This document shows, in pieces, positions 1-8,138 of a DNA stretch of 64,000 bases. Numbering within the stretch: the stretch's first letter is position 1; every line of letters starts with the position of its first letter. Source of the DNA: Candidatus Lloydbacteria bacterium RIFCSPHIGHO2_02_FULL_50_18 (lineage in GTDB: Bacteria; Patescibacteriota; Minisyncoccia; Phycocordibacterales; UBA6899); contig MHLM01000014.1 in assembly GCA_001821395.1 (NCBI GenBank), forward strand, positions 160,001 to 224,000, given 5' to 3'. The notes below the pieces were generated by a model that did no database searches, was not told where the DNA came from, and saw only the letters and a program-made list of their open reading frames with translations. A program made the position numbers and the translations under genes.

Positions 1-126
1 GTATCTGAGGGAGTGGAGTTACTTACTCGTTTTGGAATGACCCCAACTGAGATTGCAGATATTCTAAATACCTCAACAAACACCGTGAATGTTATGAGAT
101 CTCGTCTTAAAAATAAAAAGAAATAA
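1..126 (+). CDS. small sigma-70 region4/LuxR-type HTH protein, 5' truncated at window edge
   Basis: frame-1 ORF ending TAA 124-126; C-terminus GMTPTEIADILNTSTNTVNVMRSRLKNKKK matches the HTH motif shared by the next five ORFs. Confidence 0.5.
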   Translation, partial: VSEGVELLTRFGMTPTEIADILNTSTNTVNVMRSRLKNKKK

Positions 127-128
127 GC

Positions 129-314
129 ATGGAAAAAGAAATACTTGAACAAATCAAATATCAAAACAGTCAGCTAAGAGACATCTTTATCTTCTTACTT
201 AGCAGAGAAGGGTATAACGATTCAGAAATACGAGCCATTGTCGGAAGTGTCGATAATAATAAAATTAGAAAAATAAGTGCAGGCCTCAAAAGAATTAAGA
301 AACTTAAAAAATAG
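129..314 (+). CDS. small HTH protein (sigma-70 r4-like), paralog 2
   Basis: 61-aa ORF; motif REGYNDSEIRAIVGSV; starts 3 nt after previous stop. Confidence 0.5.
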   Translation: MEKEILEQIKYQNSQLRDIFIFLLSREGYNDSEIRAIVGSVDNNKIRKISAGLKRIKKLKK

Positions 315-315
315 C

Positions 316-486
316 ATGATTAAGAAAAATCAAAATAATGAAAGTGATCGGACATCTGACTTGGTGATGAAATTACTTATACTTGAACTCGCTAAATTCG
401 GTCTACCTCAAGGCGAAATAGCAAAGAAGCTTTGCGTAAACATTGTGGTTGTTAATGACTTTCTTAAAGGAATAAAACTTAAATAA
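316..486 (+). CDS. small HTH protein, paralog 3
   Basis: ATG at 316 two nt after stop of previous ORF (track lists longer overlapping start 277); motif KFGLPQGEIAKKL. Confidence 0.45.
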   Translation: MIKKNQNNESDRTSDLVMKLLILELAKFGLPQGEIAKKLCVNIVVVNDFLKGIKLK

Positions 487-487
487 T

Positions 488-646
488 ATGGCAAAAAAGA
501 AAAGCGAGAAACTTGAACCACTAGAAGAAATTAAAAGGCTTCTTGTATTGGGGCTAGTAAATCAAGGCGTAAAAGGGAAAGATATTGCAGCTGTTCTTGA
601 CGTTGATCCTGCAATAATTAGCCGACTTTTGTCTCCCAAAAAATAA
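488..646 (+). CDS. small HTH protein, paralog 4 (52 aa, below ORF-track cutoff)
   Basis: ATG 488 directly after TAA 484-486; translates MAKKKSEKLEPLEEIKRLLVLGLVNQGVKGKDIAAVLDVDPAIISRLLSPKK with the same G-x-x-x-x-(E/D)I-A motif. Confidence 0.45.
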   Translation: MAKKKSEKLEPLEEIKRLLVLGLVNQGVKGKDIAAVLDVDPAIISRLLSPKK

Positions 647-650
647 ATTT

Positions 651-863
651 ATGAATGAAAATACGGATATTACAAAACGTCTTGATGCAATTGCTTTGCT
701 ACTTTTAAAACTACTGCCAAAGGAAACACTTGGACCCGATCAGGACAAGATACTATTTTTTAGTAGCCTCGGCTATTCAAATACTGAAATAGCAAAGTTG
801 TTGCTCAAAACTCCAAACCAAGTTAAATCACTTCTCCACTTAGGAAAGAAGAAGAATCAATAA
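651..863 (+). CDS. small HTH protein, paralog 5 (clear sigma-70 region 4/LuxR-like HTH)
   Basis: 70 aa; FFSSLGYSNTEIAKLLLKTPNQVKSLLHLGKKK. Confidence 0.6.
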   Translation: MNENTDITKRLDAIALLLLKLLPKETLGPDQDKILFFSSLGYSNTEIAKLLLKTPNQVKSLLHLGKKKNQ

Positions 864-864
864 T

Positions 865-1443
865 ATGACAGATCGACTTAATCCTAAAATAATTGTGATT
901 CTTGAAGCCAAGTTGGGTAAAACTGCTGAACAGATAAGACCGCGATTGTCTGAGTTGCGTCGCAAACACAGCGGCTTAACGATGAATGCTGCGGCACAGA
1001 TGTACGCAATGTCTCACAACACATCTATTATGGGGAAACTTGATGTAGAAGATCGACAATCTCTAGCTACTGTTCAAGCCATTACGCAGGTGAGCGTGTC
1101 TAGTGTATCTAAGGTTGATAAGCGCACACTAAACATTAACAACTCCCCGATACACAATCTCTCATTTGGTGACCGAAACCAGGTGGGTCAAAGTGTTGTG
1201 AATATCGATAATTCCCTAGAAAAGCTATCTAAACAAATTGAAAAAAGTACAGTACTAACGGATGATGAGAAAAATGATTATAAATCCGACATAGAGACCA
1301 TCGCGAGTCAAGTTGGAAAAAGTAAACCCAACAGATCGATTATTAAAACGGCATGGGAAGGAATAAAAGCACTATCTGAATTAGAGGGTTTTGCTCAGGC
1401 TGTAGCTCACACTGGTACATTAATTCAGCACTTTATTTCATAG
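865..1443 (+). CDS. HTH protein, paralog 6 with ~130-aa C-terminal extension
   Basis: 192 aa; N-terminal LEAKLGKTAEQIRPRLSELRRK follows the same pattern; 1 nt after previous stop. Confidence 0.55.
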   Translation: MTDRLNPKIIVILEAKLGKTAEQIRPRLSELRRKHSGLTMNAAAQMYAMSHNTSIMGKLDVEDRQSLATVQAITQVSVSSVSKVDKRTLNINNSPIHNLSFGDRNQVGQSVVNIDNSLEKLSKQIEKSTVLTDDEKNDYKSDIETIASQVGKSKPNRSIIKTAWEGIKALSELEGFAQAVAHTGTLIQHFIS

Positions 1444-1508
1444 CATGTAGCTCGCTTCGCTCACTAGAGGGATCACCCCCCCCCATATTATTCCAATTTT
1501 TTTCTATA

Positions 1509-1546
1509 ATTACCATATAATACGCCATGGCGTATTATATGGTAAT
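1509..1546. promoter_or_regulatory. perfect 38-bp palindrome centred on CCATGG (candidate operator for a dimeric HTH protein)
   Basis: ATTACCATATAATACGCC|GGCGTATTATATGGTAAT is an exact reverse complement; lies between the HTH array and the next gene. Confidence 0.5.
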
Positions 1547-1619
1547 TCGAAAACCAGTACATTCATGATTGATTTTGTGAATCTGTTGGCTGATTGCTTT
1601 GTTTACCGTAAAGTATAGT

Positions 1620-1922
1620 ATGAGTCGCATGAATAAATTTCTCTTTGGGCTTGCGGTTGTTGGGCTTTTTGGCATCGTGGCGCCTGAAACATCAGCTCAT
1701 CCGGGTAATACCGCCTCCGATGGTTGTCACTACTGTCGCACAAATTGTGCCAAGTGGGGAGAGGTAGAAAATGCAAGACACTGTCATGGAAGCAGTAGTT
1801 CTGCGGGTCGCTCAAGTAGAGCTAATGATGATGGGGGTAGTGGAGGATGGCTGTGGCCCATCGCGGGCATAGCTGCTGGAGCCGGTGTTGTATATTTTGG
1901 TGGCAAGAATAAGTCTAAATAA
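1620..1922 (+). CDS. small secreted Cys/His-rich protein with C-terminal TM anchor
   Basis: signal-peptide-like N-terminus (FLFGLAVVGLFGIVAPETSA), CHYCRTNC...HCHG cluster, Gly-rich hydrophobic C-terminus; ORF track starts at TTG 1599. Confidence 0.5.
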   Translation: MSRMNKFLFGLAVVGLFGIVAPETSAHPGNTASDGCHYCRTNCAKWGEVENARHCHGSSSSAGRSSRANDDGGSGGWLWPIAGIAAGAGVVYFGGKNKSK

Positions 1923-2176
1923 AACGGAGACGAGCTCGCTAGGGGGGCAGACTCCTCCTTTTTCAAGCAATTATTTTGCGTATAAGGAAATTGGTGAAAA
2001 TTTTATGAAGCTGTTGCGCTTAGAGAAAACTGATAATATTAAATCAAGCTGTTATCGTGGCATGATTTAAGTTTAATAAAAGAAAACGGGATAAGCCCAC
2101 AACCTAAAACTTACTGATCGTATGGAATATAAATTTGGAGGTGCTCGGGTGGCGATTGTGGTGTTATAGTAAAGAC

Positions 2177-2929
2177 ATGAATAGATTGAAGCAGGCCTTC
2201 GATACTAAAGAAAAATTATTTTGGTTGGGCTATTGGATTATCAGTCTTTCCGCTATCGTTGCATTCTTTTTTCGGGTTGTTCCGATGCAAGCGCAGCATC
2301 CCGAGAGGGCTTATGAGAATAGCGCCATTTTCGTTATTCCTTTTCTGGTTCTGTTTGTTGTATTGCGTGTGTTATCTAAATTTCGTGATTTAAACAAATT
2401 TAAACAGCGTTTGATTATTGTTTATCTTATCTGTCTTTTTGGAGCGGCAGTTTTGTTCTGGCCGTCTCGAGTGGATGATGCTCAGGTGTTACTATGGCTA
2501 CTCTTAATCTCATTTATTGCAGCCACCTTACTTGTTTTTGGATATTCACTCGTAAGAATAGAAGAATCAAAAAAATCATTTTTAATGAAATTTGTTTTAA
2601 TTTGCATTCTATTTTCCCCTGCACTTTTTGTCCCTGCCGATGTATGGATAAGTAGCGGGATAAAATTTCCGCATCTTTGCGAAACACAAACCATTAATCA
2701 TCCTGGTGTTCCGATTGACTACGTTTGTACGCCAGAGATGGGACTATGTGGACGAGGTCTACCTTCCGCCGGGGAAGGGTGGTCAGATACAAAATCCATT
2801 TGTATCTGGGATTTACAAGCTGGGTTAGGTCTCATTTTCAGTACCTTGTTCAGGTTTTTTTACTCATCCTTGATCGCAATCGTAATTACCATAAAAACGG
2901 GGAAAAGTGGAGATAAGTCCTCGACCTAA
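2177..2929 (+). CDS. multi-pass membrane protein, unknown function
   Basis: several hydrophobic helices; first in-frame ATG at 2177 (track start 2135 is TTG). Confidence 0.5.
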   Translation: MNRLKQAFDTKEKLFWLGYWIISLSAIVAFFFRVVPMQAQHPERAYENSAIFVIPFLVLFVVLRVLSKFRDLNKFKQRLIIVYLICLFGAAVLFWPSRVDDAQVLLWLLLISFIAATLLVFGYSLVRIEESKKSFLMKFVLICILFSPALFVPADVWISSGIKFPHLCETQTINHPGVPIDYVCTPEMGLCGRGLPSAGEGWSDTKSICIWDLQAGLGLIFSTLFRFFYSSLIAIVITIKTGKSGDKSST

Positions 2930-2994
2930 AATTTCCCGACTGCAGGAAGCATAAATTTGGAAGTACTCTTTGTGGTGATTGATTTCTGAAACGC

Positions 2995-3022
2995 GTGGTC
3001 AAATTTGCAAAGTCCTGATGGG
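2995..3022. repeat. 28-bp intergenic repeat GTGGTCAAATTTGCAAAGTCCTGATGGG (copy 1)
   Basis: identical 28-mer at 3717-3744; variant at 5441-5467; each lies next to a minus-strand terminator hairpin. Confidence 0.8.
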
Positions 3023-3038
3023 ATATTTGTGAATAAAA

Positions 3039-3062
3039 AAAGCCCCGCGGATGCGGGGTGAA
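3039..3062 (-). terminator. rho-independent terminator of 3072..3425 gene
   Basis: CCCCGC-GGAT-GCGGGG stem followed by T-run on minus strand. Confidence 0.6.
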
Positions 3063-3071
3063 TGGCAGGAA

Positions 3072-3425
3072 TTACCGAGCCGAGGACTGTATTTTTTCTA
3101 CTTCCTCGGCGAGTTTTTGTGCGAATGTGCGCAATGCTTCGATTTCTGCCCCATCGTTAACACCAACCATGTAGACCTCGCCGCCCCAGAAATGGTTCTT
3201 TACGCGAACCTCAGTGTAGACAGTGTCCCCCTCGATCGGTTCATGTGACAATGACTCGACTGCAAAATGCATATGTCGATAAGGTGAACATACGCCAAGC
3301 ACGAATGCGGGTTTTCCGTCCGCTAAGGTTCTCTTGATGACCGCTTTGTCGCCAGCAATTGCCTTGATGGCCTCGACGATATTGCGACCCATCACGCTCT
3401 TCATCTGTACAAGATCAGATCCCAT
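3072..3425 (-). CDS. hypothetical protein (117 aa)
   Basis: clean ORF with own promoter and terminator; no family recognised. Confidence 0.5.
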   Translation of the reverse strand: MGSDLVQMKSVMGRNIVEAIKAIAGDKAVIKRTLADGKPAFVLGVCSPYRHMHFAVESLSHEPIEGDTVYTEVRVKNHFWGGEVYMVGVNDGAEIEALRTFAQKLAEEVEKIQSSAR

Positions 3426-3454
3426 AAATACCTCTTTAAATACAAAACTAACTC

Positions 3455-3485
3455 ACATAATACAAGTTAAATTGTAAATGTCAAA
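3455..3485 (-). promoter_or_regulatory. sigma-70-like promoter for 3072..3425 (TTGACA-16-TATTAT on minus strand)
   Basis: plus-strand tgtcaa at 3479-3484 and ataata at 3457-3462. Confidence 0.4.
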
Positions 3486-3716
3486 CAACATGAAAATGAG
3501 GTAAGCATGATAGAAAACGGGGATAAGCAAACGACCCCAGGATGGATTGGACGCCTTATCCGTTGATGATTTCTCCGCCATTCGGATGAAGTACTTGTCC
3601 TGTCATGAACGAAGAATCCTCTGACGCGAGAAATACGAATGATGGAGCGATTTCGCTTGGCTGTGCTGCGCGTTTCAAGATAGAATTTAAGTAAGTCCCA
3701 TTGATTCTTGATTCGT

Positions 3717-3744
3717 GTGGTCAAATTTGCAAAGTCCTGATGGG
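3717..3744. repeat. 28-bp intergenic repeat (copy 2, identical to copy 1)
   Basis: exact match to 2995-3022. Confidence 0.8.
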
Positions 3745-3754
3745 GGAGTGGTGT

Positions 3755-3785
3755 TAAAAAATGTGCCGCACATTACTGTGCGGCG
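3755..3785 (-). terminator. terminator hairpin GCCGCACA-TTACTG-TGCGGC
   Basis: stem-loop with T-run on minus strand downstream of 3795..4115 ORF. Confidence 0.45.
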
Positions 3786-3794
3786 GGGAGGGGA

Positions 3795-4115
3795 TTAGCA
3801 GGTCGGTCGACGAATCCACCAGCCTGCATATTTGTCGTCAACAAGGTGGTTACGCCAGCCGTTCGGTCCAGCGAGTTCGGTTATCCGAACTCTCAGGAAT
3901 CTGGATGAAGCATTGTCCATTTTCATTGCGTTCGGCGGGATGAAAAGGAAGCCATCCGCGCTTACCTCTGCATCGCTCGGCACCATTCCCGTCAGGAGAA
4001 GTAATAGTGCATCAAACTCCTCCCGCTTTGTTTCATTGCGCGTGCTAGATTTCATTGCAAGTCTCCTTGTTCGTGGAAAAAGATCTGACCGCGGGATAAT
4101 AGCATGAATATACAA
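3795..4115 (-). CDS. hypothetical protein (106 aa), weak
   Basis: ORF followed by terminator and 28-bp repeat; overlapping + ORF 3832-4107 makes coding strand uncertain. Confidence 0.3.
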   Translation of the reverse strand: MYIHAIIPRSDLFPRTRRLAMKSSTRNETKREEFDALLLLLTGMVPSDAEVSADGFLFIPPNAMKMDNASSRFLRVRITELAGPNGWRNHLVDDKYAGWWIRRPTC

Positions 4116-4195
4116 CTAAGTCAATAGCGCTCAGTTTCGCTCACATGGGGGTCTTGTTCCCATTCACGATTGATCTACGTGCGCAGCAAGAAAAA

Positions 4196-4220
4196 CACCC
4201 CGTTTTTTTCGGGGTGTCAC
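4196..4220 (-). terminator. terminator ACACCCCG-TTTTTTT-CGGGGTGT
   Basis: hairpin plus T-run downstream of lipoprotein gene. Confidence 0.5.
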
Positions 4221-4236
4221 AGGTTTGTCCTTCGGT

Positions 4237-4713
4237 TTATTTCTTTTGTTCAAGTATTTTTCGGATATCTTTTTCGGCAGCACGGTCTGCCGCACGCTGC
4301 TCCTGGTGAGCAAAGAGGACCCGAACCGATGAGGCCAATTCTCTTGGCTCCATTTCAATGATCGCCCCTTTTGTGCAGAGTCCAAATTTCGTCGAATCGG
4401 TGCGATGTGCAACCAGGTAATGCTGATCTTCTTTTGCATTTTCCTCAAGCATTGCCCGCGCCAAGGTTCCATTCTTGTTGTTGTGTACAGAAACAATCGG
4501 CGTCAGATACGTGACCCAGCACAGAGAAGGTGTGGTGTCTTTTCCCGACAGAATATCGTTCGCGTTCACTGTGTTCGTGAGTATCGTGTTCGGGAACAAT
4601 CCGTTGGTGCCTATGGGGGGCAGTGGCTCCATCGAGCTCTTGTACCCGCTGTCTGTACAGCCGGCGGCGATGAGTGTGGTCGTCAGGACGAGGGCGGTGG
4701 TCAGATATTTCAT
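4237..4713 (-). CDS. lipoprotein (signal peptide + lipobox LIAAGC)
   Basis: start MKYLTTALVLTTTLIAAGC at ATG 4713 with AAGGAG upstream; longer track ORF (to 4851) is upstream read-through. Confidence 0.6.
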   Translation of the reverse strand: MKYLTTALVLTTTLIAAGCTDSGYKSSMEPLPPIGTNGLFPNTILTNTVNANDILSGKDTTPSLCWVTYLTPIVSVHNNKNGTLARAMLEENAKEDQHYLVAHRTDSTKFGLCTKGAIIEMEPRELASSVRVLFAHQEQRAADRAAEKDIRKILEQKK

Positions 4714-4948
4714 TAAAGACTCCTTGCTGTTGAAAATTTTTTCTGCATGATTTCTATCACAGCAATCAACATGTGTCAAGAAAACGTAATAGTTCAATAG
4801 CTTGGACGCAAAGTATCCATTAAACTTCGCGTCATATGCCATACACAACAAACCCTGCCCTGCTCCGCGTCCGTCGCGATGCGGCTGCTATGAAAACGTG
4901 GACAGTCACAATTGATTTCTGGGGTTCACTTCGCTCGCCAGAGGAGTC

Positions 4949-5006
4949 AGCGACCAATTTTTCTTAACGGTACTCCGTCTTAGAAAAATGAAGTACTCTC
5001 CGTGGT
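4949..5006. repeat. 58-bp dispersed repeat (copy A), second copy at 38526-38583
   Basis: AGCGACCAATTTTTCTTAACGGTACTCCGTCTTAGAAAAATGAAGTACTCTCCGTGGT vs near-identical copy 33 kb away. Confidence 0.7.
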
Positions 5007-5035
5007 AAAATAATTCCTTCCTAATTCTATTCTCT

Positions 5036-5076
5036 TATTCGCGCGAATAGGCGAATAGATTACAGAGTGTTATGAT
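5036..5076 (+). promoter_or_regulatory. candidate ArsR operator (14-bp palindrome TATTCGCGCGAATA) plus extended -10 TGtTATGAT
   Basis: perfect palindrome 5036-5049 with partial third half-site GGCGAATAG, 37 bp upstream of the arsR-family gene. Confidence 0.45.
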
Positions 5077-5085
5077 GGCAATATC

Positions 5086-5346
5086 ATGAAAGAGATCGAG
5101 AAACAGATGAGGGCGCTCGCGAATGGCCGACGACTGGCCATTCTCAAGTATCTGAAAAAAATCAAGGAGGCGAACGTGGGGGAGATTTCGGAGGAGATCA
5201 AGCTTTCATTCAAGGCAACATCCAAGCACCTGGGTATCTTGTATGCGGTGGGCATAGTAGAGAAAGATCAACTCGATCTCACGATAAATTATCGGCTGGC
5301 AAAGGACCCTCATGTTGCGGTGAGACAAATCCTTTTTATTCTCTAA
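5086..5346 (+). CDS. ArsR/SmtB-family transcriptional regulator
   Basis: LANGRRLAILKYL...VGEISEEIKLSFKATSKHLGIL HTH pattern. Confidence 0.75.
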   Translation: MKEIEKQMRALANGRRLAILKYLKKIKEANVGEISEEIKLSFKATSKHLGILYAVGIVEKDQLDLTINYRLAKDPHVAVRQILFIL

Positions 5347-5440
5347 TTCCTTCCTGCGAAGGCAGGCGCGATCAAAATATCCTGAGTGAAGCGATCAGCG
5401 ATATGAAGTACTCTTATTGTGATTGATCGTGCTGGTCCGC

Positions 5441-5467
5441 GGGGTAATTTTGCACAGTCCTGATGGG
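5441..5467. repeat. 28-bp intergenic repeat family, variant copy 3
   Basis: GGGGTAATTTTGCACAGTCCTGATGGG; upstream 5403-5430 also matches copy-1 flank (GAAGTACTCTT..GATTGAT). Confidence 0.6.
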
Positions 5468-5471
5468 ATAA

Positions 5472-5505
5472 TATATTTCGATAAAAAATGAAGCGGGCGC
5501 CGTGG
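5472..5505 (-). terminator. terminator hairpin downstream of 5593..5829
   Basis: GC-rich imperfect stem AGCGGGCGCC/GGCGTCCGCT with T-run on minus strand. Confidence 0.4.
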
Positions 5506-5592
5506 CGTCCGCTGGGGATAGTGTTTTTTGAGAAGTGTGAGCTTCACCTTCGATTCATCGGACTCTCCTTTTGGTTAGGTCGTTTCAGGGCG

Positions 5593-5829
5593 TCAGCGCT
5601 TTTCGGCGGCGATGCGTCGCCCGCGCAGTTCTTCGACGGGGACAAATTTCCCGGATGCCTTGCGGTATCCCGGGTCGCCGTAGGTGGCACCATCCTGAAG
5701 CCGGCGGTGGTCGACTTGCATCGCTTCACCGTCAGCATCATAGAATGCGTTGTTCGCATCATCACTATCGCTGTCGGTTTGACCTCCGCAGCCAAAGGGC
5801 GTGTTGGTCAGAGCCTGAAAAGCATCCAT
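5593..5829 (-). CDS. hypothetical small protein (78 aa)
   Basis: ATG start; terminator plus repeat downstream; acidic N-terminus, basic C-terminus. Confidence 0.4.
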   Translation of the reverse strand: MDAFQALTNTPFGCGGQTDSDSDDANNAFYDADGEAMQVDHRRLQDGATYGDPGYRKASGKFVPVEELRGRRIAAEKR

Positions 5830-5884
5830 GTGCGGTACTCCAATTTATAAAAAGGTTAAAAAGATCTTAGATTTTAAGGATAGC

Positions 5885-6277
5885 ATGAATATTCGCTCAT
5901 GTCAATACCATTTGAAAGCTGAGATATGTGCAATTGATTTCAAAAAAGTCGGGTGGTATATTCAAAATATGACTTTGGAAAGTTTACAGACAGAAGAAGC
6001 GTCGCCCGAAAAAGAAGGAGTGATACGTGCGTTGCTTGCCAACCACGAAGACTTATCGCCACTTCATCAATTTCTCGGCTTGCGCGAAACAAGGTGTAAG
6101 AACGGGATGGATAATCTTCTTCTCTCCGTCGACCTTCTTGACATTTGTGTGGGTGCGCATCTCTATGAAGCGGCTCATGAAACGCTGAATGCCGCGCTTC
6201 TCCAAGCAGAGCAGGAGGACGCTGCGGCGATCTTTGAGTATCTTGAAGGGGTAAGGCGCCAACTGCTTCAGTGGTAA
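5885..6277 (+). CDS. hypothetical protein
   Basis: in-frame ATG 5885 preceded by AAGGAT; track ORF begins 5828. Confidence 0.4.
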   Translation: MNIRSCQYHLKAEICAIDFKKVGWYIQNMTLESLQTEEASPEKEGVIRALLANHEDLSPLHQFLGLRETRCKNGMDNLLLSVDLLDICVGAHLYEAAHETLNAALLQAEQEDAAAIFEYLEGVRRQLLQW

Positions 6278-6350
6278 TATCTGGGGAATTACCATTTTTA
6301 AATTTAAGCTCACAATAAAAGATCCCGCACCAATTGTGCGGGATGAGAGG

Positions 6351-6752
6351 CTATTTTTCGGTGCTGTTATGTCGTGCTTTTAGTTCACGATAGTCTTCGA
6401 CTTCCATCCAGATGGGTAGCGGTGTTTCTGCCCCGAATGATTTCGCGCCGTCAGGTGCGGTATCGTCAGGTACAAGCGCAAGGTCGATCAATTCGCTATA
6501 CACTTTTTTCATCATCGCTATTTTCCTCGAGACCTTTGCGCAGTCGAGCTTCCCGATACGTCTTAGGAAGACCAGATCATCGCTCGCTGTCTTGAGAAAG
6601 ACGACGAGATGTGCGTAATGTTCGTCTCCCGTCCAGTAAGGGAATAGTTTTTTGTTCTTGGAGCGTAACGACCGATAGGGATGATGCACAACGATTATTT
6701 CACGCACGAAGGTGGTGAGGGTTGTTTTGGTCTCTGCACGCACAGCATCCAT
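6351..6752 (-). CDS. hypothetical protein (133 aa)
   Basis: clean ORF; no recognised family. Confidence 0.45.
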   Translation of the reverse strand: MDAVRAETKTTLTTFVREIIVVHHPYRSLRSKNKKLFPYWTGDEHYAHLVVFLKTASDDLVFLRRIGKLDCAKVSRKIAMMKKVYSELIDLALVPDDTAPDGAKSFGAETPLPIWMEVEDYRELKARHNSTEK

Positions 6753-6904
6753 TTGCGCCTCCGGTATTTTTTATCCTTTCCCACTCTACTGCTTTATGAA
6801 GTGTTGTCAATTTCGCTCGTGACCACGTCGAAGTCCCATACTCCGGCGATCAGAGATTTCAAGTACTCTCCCGTGCAAGGCCGAATAGCCTCGTACCTGC
6901 GTTA

Positions 6905-7147
6905 TTATTTGGATTGAAGTATCAGGGAGCCTTTGCTGAAATTTTCTCCGATCCAAGAGATCTTTCCGATGAGCGGTCCGAGGATGCCGAGTGCTATCGT
7001 CGCGATAATTGCGGAACCGACAAAAAATCCTATACCGTAGATGATCCCGGTGCCGGCGATGTGTGTCACCGTGGTTTGTTTTTTGATATTGGCATTCAAC
7101 GTGATCAACTGCCTGATGATCTCGTCGTTCTGTTGTTCGATATTCAT
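6905..7147 (-). CDS. small membrane protein
   Basis: 80 aa with Gly-rich hydrophobic core GIIYGIGFFVGSAIIATIALGILGPLIG. Confidence 0.45.
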   Translation of the reverse strand: MNIEQQNDEIIRQLITLNANIKKQTTVTHIAGTGIIYGIGFFVGSAIIATIALGILGPLIGKISWIGENFSKGSLILQSK

Positions 7148-7247
7148 ATGTTAATTATACCACTCGAAAATTTAAAAGTAGCGATCTGTTGTTGCTGAGT
7201 TGAGAAATATGCGGTTGAAATGATCTGTAGGCGAGTAGGACGATACG

Positions 7248-7466
7248 CTATGTTTTGCGACCCCACTGGATATGTGCCCAGATACGTTCATGCAGATAAT
7301 AGAGTGCGGTACTGTATCCATTCACAAAGATCACGATACCGGCACTGAGTGCAGCGTCACGCGTAAAAAAGTATGCGACCGCAGAGTCAATACTGATACT
7401 TAAGAGTCGATAGCTGATCGATTTAACCCCGGTGCGTCGGTGTTTTTCTAGTGGTTTTATTTCCAT
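7248..7466 (-). CDS. DUF2061-like small membrane protein
   Basis: N-terminal HRRTGVKSISYRLLS motif typical of DUF2061. Confidence 0.45.
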   Translation of the reverse strand: MEIKPLEKHRRTGVKSISYRLLSISIDSAVAYFFTRDAALSAGIVIFVNGYSTALYYLHERIWAHIQWGRKT

Positions 7467-7608
7467 TTGCCAAGTATATCAAGGAAAATCGGAAAATAGT
7501 GCTCCTGCGGAAAAGCACGATCTTTCTGGCGGACAGGTAGGTCCGTTGATCTTTGAATGACGCAGAGGGAAATAAAAAAGCGCTACATAGATAATGTAGC
7601 GCCGTTGC

Positions 7609-7989
7609 TTATTCCTTCAGATGGTCGGGGAACAATTTGTCGCGCTCCTCGCGGAAACGATGAAGTGTAAGCGTCGACTCTTTGCGTACGCGACGTGTCA
7701 TCGAGACGTGCTCGATAAGCGATTCTTCTTGTTTATCAAGATATACCCCCACTTCTTCGAGCGTTGCGAGACGCATGTTCTCGCGCGAATCGGGTGAGTG
7801 TTCCGTCACGTCAAATTCATATGCTTGAGATTGTTCCAGCATGTCGTCAAAAGATCTGACGTAAAACAGCCTTGCCTCATTGTCGACCCTCGTAATGACG
7901 GCGGGGCAACTCCACCGGCTCATCGAGGTCGTTCCCGAATACCAAATGAATGCTCCCTGCTTCACATGTTCCGCAGTGACTTTTGCCAT
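7609..7989 (-). CDS. hypothetical protein (126 aa)
   Basis: clean ORF, no family recognised. Confidence 0.45.
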   Translation of the reverse strand: MAKVTAEHVKQGAFIWYSGTTSMSRWSCPAVITRVDNEARLFYVRSFDDMLEQSQAYEFDVTEHSPDSRENMRLATLEEVGVYLDKQEESLIEHVSMTRRVRKESTLTLHRFREERDKLFPDHLKE

Positions 7990-8138
7990 CGTCTTACTCC
8001 TATGAAAAACTCAACTCTATCGACAACCTACCATAAAGATCATATATCGCAAGGGGAAGGGGTCACAATGATCGACCATGGAAAATGAGTGAATAAAAAA
8101 TGCCCCGCACAATGTGCGGGGCATGAAGATCATTGTCG

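Noticed and set aside
3467-3724. 85-aa minus-strand ORF
   Set aside because: Region holds the TTGACA-16-TATTAT promoter of gene 3072-3425 and intergenic repeats; product has no sensible features.
5488-5870. + strand ORFs 5488-5850 and 5571-5870
   Set aside because: Overlap the terminator and repeat region and run antisense to the better-supported 5593-5829 ORF.
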